Source: an uncultured Candidatus Rokubacteria bacterium (GTDB taxonomy: Bacteria; JAUVQV01; DATDCY01). From it: 64,000 bases of DNA. Location of the stretch: positions 687,588-751,587 of the forward strand of contig CAVOVE010000015.1 of NCBI GenBank assembly GCA_963699775.1, written 5' to 3'. Shown piece after piece: positions 45,724 through 62,622 of this stretch. The position numbers were made by a program, and so were the translations under genes. The notes under the pieces were generated by a model. That model worked only from the letters and a program-made list of their open reading frames with translations, searched no databases and was not told where the DNA came from. Numbering within the stretch: position 1 is the first letter of the stretch; every line of letters starts with the position of its first letter.

Positions 45724-46139
45724 TCCAGGTGCTCGGTCAGACGGCGACGGATGAGCGCCGGCCCTGCGCCGAGCAACCGCTGTACGCGATCGTCTGCGCC
45801 ACCGGATCCGAGAACGAGGAGCGGGACCGATCGGCGCTGATGTTCGCAGCATTGGCGGCTTCGGCGGATTACCGGACGATCCTGTATTGCATCCAGGGCG
45901 CCGTCGAGGTGATGGTGAAGGGCGCCATCGCGGCGCGCGAGACGCCGCGGCCGGGTCTGCCGTCGATCGCCCAGCGGCTGCAGGAGGCCCGGGAGATGGG
46001 CGTGGAGATTCAGTGCTGCACCCAGACCATGGCCAACAAAGAAATCCCGCCGGCGGATCTGGTGGAGGGCGTGACGCCGGCTGGGGCAATGAGCCTGATT
46101 GCGCTGACGACCCGCGCGAAGGGGACGATCAGCTTCTAA
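45720..46139 (+). CDS. DsrE/DsrF-like family protein
   Basis: YAIVCATGSENEE...ADYRTILYCIQGAVEV; GTG start overlapping osmC stop. Confidence 0.7.
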   Translation: MIQVLGQTATDERRPCAEQPLYAIVCATGSENEERDRSALMFAALAASADYRTILYCIQGAVEVMVKGAIAARETPRPGLPSIAQRLQEAREMGVEIQCCTQTMANKEIPPADLVEGVTPAGAMSLIALTTRAKGTISF

Positions 46140-46292
46140 GTGGGGGAACCGTCGGGGGAGCGTCGAGCCCCCGACGGCTCATTTCGCCGGCACGGTTTCG
46201 TAAACGCTGCGGCAATCCGTTCACCGAAGATGTGGCTCACGCCCTCGCGGAGCTGAAGAAGCGCCTTTCATCCCGGGAACGAAGATCAGTCG

Positions 46293-46667
46293 CTATTGTT
46301 TGAGGTACAGGGAGTCGATGTAGGTCACCAGATCGGTGAGTTTCGCGTCGTCCCACGCCAGCGCATTGCCTTTCATGGCGCCCATGAGGCAACCCTGGAC
46401 AGTCTGGTCAAGAGTTCGCATCTTCTTCGCCATGGCGAAGACCTTGGGGAACGGCGCCCGGCCGGTGAACGGAATGTCGCCCTGACCCAGGTTGGTGTGG
46501 CATGAATTGCAGCTCTTGCCGTTGGTGCCCAGGCTCGCATCGGCAAAGAGTTTCTGCCCTCTGGCGGCGGCATCTTCGAATTCGCCGGCGGCGGTGGGGT
46601 GCGGGAAAAGCAGTGGGATCATCAGGAGTGCCGACAGGAAAAGAGTCGTGCGCGCCGATGTGCTCAT
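46293..46667 (-). CDS. secreted mono-heme c-type cytochrome
   Basis: signal peptide MSTSARTTLFLSALLMIPLLF..., heme motif CNSCH, distal Met. Confidence 0.7.
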   Translation of the reverse strand: MSTSARTTLFLSALLMIPLLFPHPTAAGEFEDAAARGQKLFADASLGTNGKSCNSCHTNLGQGDIPFTGRAPFPKVFAMAKKMRTLDQTVQGCLMGAMKGNALAWDDAKLTDLVTYIDSLYLKQ

Positions 46668-46864
46668 GTTCGTCCCCTCCTTCGTGGTTGCGGCCTGCCA
46701 GACGCGTGGCGAATCGTTGATCTCGCTCCCCGCATGATTCCTTGGTGTCAAAGATACGCCTCATGAACGGAATATGCACCTTGAGACCAGCCTCCCCGTT
46801 CGTGCCGACCCGCGCGCTGCAAACTCTCGCACTCCCGCGCCAGGCTTCCAGCCGCCCCCTGCCG

Positions 46865-48451
46865 CTAGGGCGCCATCCGCGTCAGCACGATGTCCGGATT
46901 GCGCTCGGAGAAGTAGCGGCATTCCCACTCGCCGGCGAAGAGGATCACCAGGTTGCCGTGCACGTCGTGCGCGAGCTGGCAGCCGCCCATCAGCGGCTTT
47001 TCGGCGACGACGGCCGCGCTCTCGGCGGCGACCCAGCGGACGGTCTTCCAGGACATCAGTTCCAGCCGGGAATCCGCCCCGTACTCGGCAAGAAGCCGGT
47101 GCTGCAGCACTTCGAACTGCAGCGGACCCACCGCGCCGAGCAGCGGCAGGCGCTGGGCGGCGTCCTTCAGCGCGAAGGTCTGCACCACCCCTTCCTGAAG
47201 CAGGTGCTCCAGCCCGGCCCGGAAACGCTTCGACTTCGCCGCGTTGGGACAGTGCAGAAAGGCGAAGTGCTCCGGCATGAAGCGCGGGATGCTCTGGTGG
47301 ACGACCGACGGGTCTTCGGTCAGGGTGTCGCCGATCAGGAACTCGGCGTGGCCGACGAGCCCGACGACGTCCCCGGCGTAGGCCTCGTTGACGATCTCGC
47401 GCTCCTGCCCGAAGAGCTTGTGCGAGCTCGAGAGCCGGACGCTGGTCGCCGGTGCGCGGGTGGAAGACCTTCATGTCGCGCTCGAAGCGGCCGGAGCAGA
47501 CGCGCATGAAGGCGATCTGGTCCCGGTGCCGCGGGTCCATGTTCGACTGGATCTTGAAGACGAACCCCGAAAAGCGCGGGTCGTCCGGGGCGATCTCGCC
47601 CTCCAGCAGCTTGCGCGGCCCGGGCGGCGGGGCGTAGTCGAGGAAACCGTCGAGCAGCAGCTGCACGCCGAAGTTGTTGACCGCGCTGCCGAAGAAGACG
47701 GCGGTCATGTCGCCGCTGCAGGACGGCCGCGTGGTCGAAGGTCTCGCCCGCCCCGTCGAGCACGGAGACCTCCTCGAGCACCTTCCGGTACGAGCGCCGC
47801 GTCGAGCCGCTCGGCGACCGCGTCGTCGGCCAGATCGAGCACGGAGACCGGCGTCCGGTAGGCGCCCCCGGGCACCCGCTCGAAGAACGAGACCAGCTTG
47901 CGGCGGCGATCGAACACGCCCCGGAAGTCCGGGCCGGTCCCGAGGGGCCAGTTCACGGGGTAGACGTGCAGCTGCAGCGTGCGCTCGATCTCGTCGAGCA
48001 GGGCCAGCGGCTCGTGCGACGGCCGGTCGAGCTTGTTGATGAACGTGAAGATCGGGATCTGCCGGTTGCGGCAGATTTCAAAGAGCTTGAGCGTCTGGCT
48101 CTCGATGCCCTTGGCGGCGTCGAGCACCATGACGACGGCGTCGACGGCCATCAGCACGCGGTAGGTGTCCTCCGAGAAATCCTTGTGGCCGGGGGTGTCC
48201 AGCAGGTTGATGCAGAAGTCCCGGTATTCGAACTGGAGCACGGTCGAGCTGACCGAGATGCCGCGCTTGCGCTCGAGCTCCATCCAGTCGGAGGTCGTGT
48301 TTCTCTGGTTTTTCCGGGCCGTCACCGACCCGGCCAGGTGCACGGCGCCGCCGTACAGCAGCAGCTTTTCCGTCAGGGTGGTCTTGCCGGCGTCGGGGTG
48401 CGAGATGATCGCGAACGTCCGCCGCCGGGAAACCTCTTTCATCAAATCCAC
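46865..48451 (-). CDS. prfC: peptide chain release factor 3; two frame changes
   Basis: [39 protein letters not shown] GTPase motifs (ORF 47705..48451); middle and C-terminal domains in ORFs 46761..47708 and 46865..47278. Confidence 0.85.
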
Positions 48452-48541
48452 GCGTCACCTTCCGTTCATCATCGAATATCTGTGCGAATGTTCGCCAACC
48501 AGCTGCGCAGGCGAGTGCGGGAATTTACCTCATCCGGGGAT

Positions 48542-49553
48542 TCATAACAACCGGCCGGCAAGGGTCACCCCGGGACCGCGCGGGCCGTAGAGGCGACGTG
48601 CCAACTCGGCGAGCCAGCGGCCCCGCGCGTCGTCGCGAAGCTCGAGCCGCCCCGCCCGCGCACCGGCGAGCAGCAGCGAAATCTCCTCGCCCGGGGTTCC
48701 GAGACGCCGCAGCGTCTCAAAGAGCGCGGCGTGCTCGGGGCTCGCGCCCGTGCTCTCGGTCCACTCCCGGGCGGCCGCGGCAAACTCCGGGTCAGGCGGA
48801 AGGGGGACCTCCTCGGACGCCGCGGGGCCGAGGCCGTTGATCGCGTCGATCACCCGCTCCTTGCGCTCCTTGTACGGGCAGTGCCGCAAGTTCCGCCGGC
48901 AGGATCGCCGCGCCGATGGTGATCCGCTGGCCGCCCATGCCGACCGGGTACTCGAGTTTGGCCGTCAGCGGCTCGACCGGCAGCCCGCCCGCGAAGCGGA
49001 CCGGGACCACGGGCGCGCCCGTGGCGATGGCCATGTCGAGAAAGGCCCCGCTCATCTTCTGCACCGGGGCGCGGCAGGTGAGCGCCCGCGTCCCCTCCAC
49101 GTGGATCATCACGGACTTGCCGCCGCCGGCGATCTCGCGCGCCAGCACGCCGATGATCCGCGGCAGCTCCTCGCGGTTGCTGCGGTCGAAGTAGGTGATC
49201 ACCCCCGGGTCGTGCGCCCCCGGCCAGGCGAAGGCGTGGCGGATCAGGTTCCCGAGCCAGGTCGTGCGGTGCTCGATCTTGGCCAGGGTCACGGTGAGGA
49301 TCCCCGAGAGCGCCGAGGCGATCAGCGAGAAGAGGATCGACTCGATGCCGACCTGATGGTTCGCGAGGTAGAGGACGCCCTTCCCGCGCAGCGCGGCGAA
49401 GCCCGCGGGGTCCTCGAGGCGCACGCGCCGCACGAAGCGCCCGGCCAGACCGTAGTAGATGTCCTCGACGGGCCAGCGCCCGATCCGGTAGTAGTCGTCC
49501 CACCAGTCGCGAACCGGCGAGAGATCGAGAGTCGGCGGCCCGGCATCGCTCAC
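48542..49553 (-). CDS. 1-acyl-sn-glycerol-3-phosphate acyltransferase-like (AGPAT/PlsC family); probable C-terminal domain or partner of Pfa3
   Basis: LYLANHQVGIESIL (HxxxxD/E block), VMIHVEGTRA, FLDMAIATGAPVVPVRFAG; C-terminal 100 aa in another frame (ORF 48542..48889). Confidence 0.75.
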
Positions 49554-49559
49554 CGAGAC

Positions 49560-50433
49560 CGCCGCCGCGCGTGCGCTCGACGGTGAGCGGCCAAACCGTG
49601 AGCGGCTCGGACGGGCAGCGTGCGAGCACCAGGCTGGGGCAACCGCCAGGGGAATCCGGGCTCACGGCGGCCGAGCCCGTGTCCGCCACGACGCTCGACG
49701 GGTGCACCGCGGCTCGTGCCGCAACGTGCTCCTTCACGGCGATCTGGCCGAGCAGGTCGCCCTCGGCCGCGTAGGCCTGAGCGAGCGTGCCGGGGAGCCA
49801 GTCGCTGGCGCGGACGTCGGCGTCCGCGAGGTGCGTCGTCCCGCTCCTGTCGCTGGAGAGTCGCAGCCCGGGCACAAAGCGACGGTCGCGCAGGAAGGCG
49901 CGCCGATCGCGCGGCGGCGCGGACCCGAGCGCTCCCTTGGGGAACAGCACCTCCACCAGGTCGAGGCTCGCGATCACCCGGCCGCTGGCGATCGCCTGGA
50001 TCTGAAATCGCGGGAACCGGGGGTCGCCGTCGAAACCGGCGAAGCGCGTCTCGCAGCGCACCTCGCCTGCAGCCGGGAGCGGCGCGAACAGCCGCAGCGA
50101 CACGATGCGGTGCGGGTAGGCGACCTGGTCGGCGGGGATCTCCGGGCTCCAGTCGCAGAGTCGGTCGTGGGGAATGCCGTGGGTCAGCGCGTCGAGCAGC
50201 GCCTCGTGGAGCAGACCGCGCGGCTCGCCGCCCCCGGCGGCGTCGAGGAGCGAGGAGGAGGCGCCGGGGACGAGCTTGAGGGAGCGCAGCAGTTGGAAGG
50301 ACGGTCCGTGAAAGAGGGTCCCGGACTCGTAGGGATCCGGCGACGGGGTGGCGTTGGACGGCGGATCCCAAGGAACATCGAGCGCGCATTGTTCCCGTTC
50401 GGGCTGCGGGGTCCTGTCGCTGCGGACCTCCAT
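49560..50433 (-). CDS. PKS-type dehydratase C-terminal half (LFHGPSFQ motif) initiated from the repeat-borne ATG; probably continuous with the AGPAT domain
   Basis: MEVRSDRTPQP-EREQCALDVPWDPPSNATPSPDPYESGTLFHGPSFQLLRSLKLVPGASSSLLDAAGG...; no HxxxGxxxxP half downstream of the repeat. Confidence 0.5.
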
Positions 50434-50516
50434 GGGCTTCGCTTCGCTCACCCCCTGGAGACCTCCCCTCCGCGCCACCCCTTCGCCCAGCGCGTCCTCT
50501 GGGCAGTGACGGGGAA
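50391..50516 (-). repeat. MITE-like repeat, copy B (126 bp; TIRs GTTCCCGTTCGGG / TGACGGGGAA; contains ATG-GAGGTCCGCAGCGACAGGACCCCGCAGCC)
   Basis: same family as copy A; lies between the triple-DH gene and the DH'-AGPAT gene. Confidence 0.75.
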
Positions 50517-50529
50517 GTCCTCGTGGCTG

Positions 50530-53332
50530 CCAATCATGGAGGTTTCGTGTTCGGGGGCGAGACGCACCCGGCCCGTGGCAACGGGTTCGAAGCGGGAGAG
50601 GGATTCACTCGCGGCGTCGCGCCAGGCGAGCAGGGTCACGTCGAAGACGCCCTCCCCCGCCGGAGCAACCTCCGTCGTGAGGCGCAGCGGACCGGTGACC
50701 GGGACCCAGCGCAGCGCGCGGGCGTCTTCCACGGCCACGACCCGCATCCCGGGCGCCCGACGTACGGCAGCCCGCGCCAGGCGGTCGACCATCGACATCA
50801 GCGGCAGGGCCGGCACCGTCCAGGTCGGGCGATGGTCCTGGAGCCAGGTGTCGACGTCGGGATCGAGCATCTCTTCGCCGTCCGCAGCGCCCCCGCCGCC
50901 CTTCCCCCTTCGCCAGAGGGGGATCGCGCACGACCCGCATCGCCAAGCCCCGGGCCTCGTAGATTTTCGTGCCGTCCACCCAGAGCGAGGCGTCCGCGAC
51001 CGCGAGCGGGCCGCGGTCGTCCTCCCCGGTGCGCACCAGGTCCAGGAGCGTTGTCACCCGGCGGTTGCGCGGCAGCACCTGTCCCCGATACTTCCAGGAG
51101 TGCTGTTCGCCGAGGGCCAGCGGTTCGAACCGCGCCGCGCCGCCCCTGCTCTCGGCCATCCCCTGGTGGATCATCGCGAACTGCAGCAGTTGGAGCATCG
51201 CCTCCAGGCCGAGCGAGCCGGGCTGCACCGGGTCCTGGAAGAAGTGCGCCTTGAAGAACCAGGCCGCGGGGTCGACGTCGGTCTCGGCGCGATACCGTCC
51301 GAGCCCGGCCGGACCGCCGGCAGGCCAGATGCCGGTCACGCGGTCGAGCATCAGCAGCGGCGCGGTTTCCATCCGGGGGCCATCCCCTGCCCCGCCCTCC
51401 GCCAGGTCTGCAGATCGACCGACTCCGAGCGCACCTCGTCGAGCGCTTCGCGTTCCCCCGCAGCGGCCGGGAGGCCGACCTGTCGGGCCAGGGCTTCCGC
51501 GGGAAAGTAGCCGAAGACGGTCTTGAGGTCGTACACCGTCCGCTCGCCGACGCTGCAGACGACGTCGAAGCTTTCGATGAGCATCCCCGCCGACCGCGAG
51601 ATCCGCGTCAGCACCGCGCGGGTGCGCAGCCTGCCGTCGCCGGGGAAGACCTCGGCGAGCAGGCGGCCGTCGCCGTCGAGGTTGCGGAAACTCAGGTCGC
51701 GCTCGGACGTCAGCGGACTGCCGGCCCAGGTCGCCAGCCAGCCGCAGGGCTGCAGCGCGGCCTCGAGCAGGACGGCAAAGGGCATCGTGCGCGCGCCGTT
51801 CGCGGCGAAATACCAGGCGTCGGCGGGGATGTCGTACTCGACCTCGACCGCGCTGCCCTCGCGCATCGCCCCCATCTCGCCCTCGAGGCGCGTGACGCGC
51901 GACATGAACTGGTAGGGCGGGCCGGGGAGGCGCGCCAGCCGGCGCACGCCGTCGAAGGCGCGGTAGGCGGGGCCGAACGCCTGCCGACGGCCGCCCCCAG
52001 GCGCAGGCCAGCAGCGAGCGCCCGTCGAAGCGCAGGTCGCCCTCGGACGCGGCGGGTTCCCCGTCGACGATGCCGTCCAGCAGTTCGGGCTTCGAGTCCA
52101 GCGGCCACCCGGGGACGAGGCGCAGGCCCATGCGGCGGCAGTGGAAGGCCTTGAGCCCGTCGACCGTGCACAGGATGTCGGCGTAGAGCGTCGGCTCCGG
52201 TCCGGCGATCAGCTCCTCGACGAAGATTTCGTACACGAGTTCGCGCGAGGCCGGGGTGACCTGGCCGCGGCAGCGCATCAGGTAGGGCTCATCCGGCACC
52301 GGCTCGAAGCGCCAGCCGTCCCGCTCCAGCGTGAAGCCCAACGCGGCCAGGTAGACCGCCATCGCCTGCAGGCCGCCCTCGAACATCAGGGTCCCGGGCA
52401 TGCAGGGGTCGTTCGTGAAGTGTCCCTCGAAGAACCAGTCGCCCGGGTCGATGCGATCCACGGCGCGCAGATAGCCTCGTCCCCAGGGCCCGCCCCCGAC
52501 GGCGATCTCCGTCACCTCTTCGAGCAGCAGCAGCCGGCCGCCGGGCAGATTCGGCGTGCGGGTGTGAGTCGCAGCCCCCTCGAAGCCGGGACCGAAACAC
52601 GCGTCGGCGCGCCCGGCCGCGAAGGCCTCGAGCTGCGCGCGGGAGAGCCGCGACCGGCCCGGCGGACACCGGCGGCGGATCGACCCGCGCCCCGTCCCGC
52701 GGCTCGAGCGGTCGCCGGGTCCCAGAGCACGCCCGCCGACCCGGCGAGTTCCTCGTCGGTGAAGAAGCCGGCCTGCCCGCCCCGCACGGTGAGGCGGGGG
52801 ATACCCGGCGACGGTGCAGGTGGAGTGGAAGAAGAAGAGACGGACCGCCCCCTGCTGCGCGTGGCCGTCGACGCCGATCTCGTAGCGCAGGGTTTCGCCG
52901 GCGACGGGGAGCCCGCCGTGGTAGGTCAGCTCGCAGCCGAGCAGCCGGTAGACGCGCTCCCCGCGGTTGAGGGCGTCGACGCCGAGCCAGGAGACGAGCA
53001 GCAGGTCGGCCTGCCCGGCCTCGATCATGATCCCCGCGGGCATGCGGTTGTCGTGCAGGTACCAGGCGCCCGCCGCGACGTCGGTCTCCGTCCAGACGGT
53101 GCCGGTGCCCAGCGAGAGGGGTTCGGCCTCCAGGCGCACGACGCGATCGGCGAGCAGCAGCGGCGGTTCGGGCATGCGGACGCGCCGGGTGCAGGCCGTC
53201 CTGGTCGGCGAATGCGGGACCGAAGATTTGGGAGAGTCGTCCGCTGGCGTGGATTTCGAGGGCGCGCCTGTCGAACACAATACCGTCCGTTGACCGTGCA
53301 GGCTGCGGGGTCCTGTCGCTGCGGACCTCCAT
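50530..53332 (-). CDS. Pfa3-like segment: three FabA-like hot-dog dehydratase folds; starts with the repeat-encoded MEVRSDRTPQP
   Basis: FDRRALEIHASGRLSQIFGPAF; MPAGIMIEAGQADLLLVSWLGVDALNRGERVYRLLG; DPGDWFFEGHFTNDPCMPGTLMFEGGLQAMA; DVDPAAWFFKAHFFQDPVQPGSLGLEAMLQLL; frame change near 53200. Confidence 0.75.
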
Positions 53333-53410
53333 CGTGCTCGCTTCGCTCCGCCGCGGAGACCTCCCCTCCGCGCCACCCCTCGCCGGAAGCGTCTCCAGAA
53401 GGAGCGTGTT
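53288..53410 (-). repeat. MITE-like repeat, copy C (degenerate ends; possible 7-bp CGTGCAG flanking duplication)
   Basis: same core as copies A/B; supplies ATG and first 10 codons of the triple-DH gene. Confidence 0.65.
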
Positions 53411-53419
53411 CTCGTGCAG

Positions 53420-54944
53420 TCAGCAGCGTCGCCGCCGCACGTTCGCGCAATTCCAGGAATTGGCGGTGCGCGGCAGCCTGATCATCGAGGAACGCGCGGT
53501 GCACGCGCGTCGCCATGGCGACCTGGGCCGCGATCTGCGCCAGGGCCTCCTGGGCGTGGCTGCCGGCGCGCACGGCGGACGGCGCCGCAGGGCGGGGCGC
53601 GGCCGGCAGCCCCGGGGACATCTTCCTCGCACACGCGCCAGCCGAGGAGCAGGCGGCCATCGTCGCTGTCGACGAGGAGTCGCTCCGCGCCCGGCGATGG
53701 CAAGCGCCATCTGCCGCAGCGACCGGCGCCAGTGCCGGAGCCGGCGGCTGCGTGATCGGCGCCACAGGCAGCGGCGGAAGCACGGGAGGGGGGCGGTGCG
53801 CCTGGTATTCCGCCGCCGGCTCCGCGCTGGACGCCGCTGCCGGGAACGCGACGGCGCACCTGTCCGCGGCGCGCACGCTGACGCGGACGCGCTGCCCGCC
53901 GAGGGCCCGGATATCGAGATCGGCGCGACGCTCGCCCGTCCACTCCGCGCCGCCGGGGTGGCGCCCGGCGGCGCAGGCGACCACCGCCGCCAGCACGCGC
54001 ACCAGCCCGAACGCGGCGTGGGCGCGTCCGAAGCGAGCGGCGACCTGGGACATCCCCGAAATGCTTCGGCCGCATCGCAGCTCGACCGCTCAGCGTCGCC
54101 GGCATCGCTCACCTCATCGATCAGCGCGAGGACGCGGTCGCCGTCGCGACGCGCGTCCGACAGGCGCTTGAGAACCATGACGACGGCGCGCGTCGCCGGA
54201 CGGGCCGGGCAGGCCGAGCTCGAGCGCCGCGGCCTCGTGCACCGGGTCGCAGGAGAAATCGGCCGCCCCCGCCAGCGCCAGATCGAGTTCCCCGGCGCGC
54301 AGGGCGCGCAACGCCGCCTGCAGCGCTCTGACCCCCGAGAGTTCCTCGGCCGACATCGTGAAGCCCGGCCCCGCCAGGTCGAACTGGACATTCAGGCGGT
54401 TTGCCGGGAGATTGGGCATGGTTCCGAGAACCCCGGCGCCGGTAAGCGCCGGAGACAGGATTTCGGCGGCGCGGCGAATCCAGAATTCGTCCGTGACGCC
54501 CCAGGCCGCGGCGATGTCCGGCAGGCGCCAGCGAGCCCCGTAGCGGGCCACGGCGGGATCGCACCCGACGCCGATCATCACGCCGGAGCGCTCGGACGGC
54601 GGCAGGGAAACGCCGGCCAGCGCTTCACGCGCCGCCGCCATGGTCCAGATCTGCTGCGGCAGAGCGGCGGCCAGATCGCTCGGCGGGAAGCGCGTGCCGA
54701 CCACCGGGAGCGAAATGGTCGTGGCGCAATGTGTCGTCGGGTCGGCAACGGCAAAGAGCGCGGTCGCGAAATCCGCCACCGACCGCCCTGCGCCGACCGC
54801 GGCGCCGATCCCGACCACAGCCACCGCGTGCTCTGAGGATATATTTGAAATCAGTCCCGCCGCCACCGGAACACCGGGAGCTGGCACGGTGCGAAGGGGT
54901 GGCGCGGAGGGGAGGTCTCCGTCGACGGAACGAAGTGAGCACAA
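53420..54944 (-). CDS. Pfa3-like chain-length-factor (CLF, KS-like without active-site Cys) segment; N-terminal approx. 15 codons (SLRSVDGDLPSAPPL) encoded by repeat copy D
   Basis: HAVAVVGIGAAVG, MPNLPANRLNVQFDLAGPGF, GELDLALAGAADFSCDPVHEAAALELG (ORF 54114..54944); continuation in ORF 53420..54391. Confidence 0.7.
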
Positions 54945-55094
54945 TGAGGAAGAGCCAGCCTCGCTTCCCGGCGCGCGATCCGATCGCTGGTCGAACGAGA
55001 CCGTGGGCCCTCAAAGCAGGGAATTCCCAGTTGACAAGAGAGCGAATGGTCGAGTTGGGTGGATGGTCCGGAGCGACAGGACCCCGGAGCCCGC
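54893..55094 (+). repeat. MITE-like repeat, copy D (inverted relative to copies A-C, approx. 200 bp with approx. 115-bp internal insertion)
   Basis: arms GAAGGGGTGGCGCGGAGGGGAGGTCTCC and GGTCCGGAGCGACAGGACCCCGGAGCCCGCAC match the family; sits in the KS-CLF linker. Confidence 0.65.
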
Positions 55095-55099
55095 ACATT

Positions 55100-56400
55100 A
55101 TCCCCCGGTTCCTCTACGATCAGATGTGCGTTGGCGCCGCCGAACCCGAAAGCGCTCACGGCCGCCCGACGCACGTCGCGGCTCTCCCAGGGCTCCGCTT
55201 CGCGCAGCAGGCGCAGGGGCGTGCCCGCCGGCAGCGGCAGCGGGTCGTCGGCGTGAAGCGTCGGCGGCCTCACGCCGGCGGCCATGGCGCCGATGACCTT
55301 GAGCAGGCCGGCAATCCCCGCGGCGGTCACGGCGTGACCGAAGTTGGATTTGAGCGAACCGATGGGGAGGTCCGCGGCTCCCGCGAAAACGCGCGCCGAG
55401 CTGCGCACCTCGACGGCGTCCCCGACCGCCGTCCCGGTTGCGTGGCACTCGAGCAGCGAGATGTCGGCCGGGAGCAGCCCCGCCATCGCGTAGGCCGCCC
55501 GCATCGCGCGCTCCTGCCCCTCCTCGCTCGGCGCCAGCAGACCGCGGCCCCGCCCGTCGTTGGAGAGCCCGATGCCCCGGATCACCCCGAAAATCCGGTC
55601 GCCTGCGGCCTGGGCGTCCTCGAGGCGCTTGAGGGCGACGGCGCCCGCCCCTTCGGCCGGCAGCAGGCCGTCGGCCTCGCGGTGAAACGGCCGGCTGCGC
55701 CCGCTGCGGCTGAGCGCCTGCAGCGCGGTGAAGCCGACGTGGATGAACAGGTCGTCCGCGGCGTTGACCGCGCCCGCGAGCGCCACGTCGGCCCGGCGGT
55801 CGTGCAGCAAGATCGCACGCGAGCTTGATCGCGTAGAGCGAGGAGGCGCAGGCGGCGTCCAGCGCGAACGCGGGTCCCAGGCCGAGCGCCCGCGCGACGA
55901 GGTGGGCCGGCAGACCCGGACATGAAACGGTTGCTCGCATCGACCGGGCCGATCCCGGCGGCCGCGTCGGCGAGCCGGTGACCGAACCAGGCCCGTTCGG
56001 CGAATCGGGCAAACGCCGCCGACGGAAAGGAGAGATTGCCGAAGACCGCCGCCACGCGCGGCCCGCCCTCGACCCCGGCCTCGCGCAGCGCTTCCCGCGA
56101 CACGTGCAGCAGCCAGCGCGCCAGCGGATCGAACTGCTGCACCTGCTCCGCCGGCACCGCGAATCCCGAGGGGTCGAACACCGCATCGAAGCCCTCGACA
56201 TACCCGCCGCGATCGGTCCAGGCGGCGTCCGTGCCGGAGGAGCCGCCGGCGCAGACCAGCTCGCGCCGCAGCCGCCACCGACCCGGCGGGGCGCGGGATA
56301 CGAGGTCGGCACCCGTCGCGCACGCGCTCCCAGAGCGCGGCGGGATGCAACGCGCCGGGCAGCACGCAGGCCCGACCGACGATCGCGATCGGGGGAAAGT

Positions 56401-56410
<10 letters not shown>
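55100..56410 (-). CDS. Pfa3-like beta-ketoacyl synthase (KS) segment
   Basis: PIAIVGRACVLPGA; active-site ALDAACASSLYAIKLACDLA (ORF 55098..56312 frame); HATGTAVGDAVE, SNFGHAVTAAG (ORF 54851..57091 frame); approx. 10-nt overlap with pfa2 stop. Confidence 0.75.

Positions 56411-62622
<6,212 letters not shown>

Noticed and set aside
50395-53400. MEVRSDRTPQP as a conserved protein N-terminal motif or signal peptide
   Set aside because: Identity extends at the nucleotide level into the untranslated leader and into a non-coding copy (17202-17294), so it is a DNA repeat and not a selected protein motif. The peptide is hydrophilic, not signal-like.
54731-55828. Plus-strand ORF MRKSQPRFPARDPIAGRTRPW... 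initiated inside repeat copy D
   Set aside because: Antisense to the pfa3 KS segment. It starts at the element's built-in ATG but continues as GC-rich junk; probably not expressed as protein. The element is still noted in findings.
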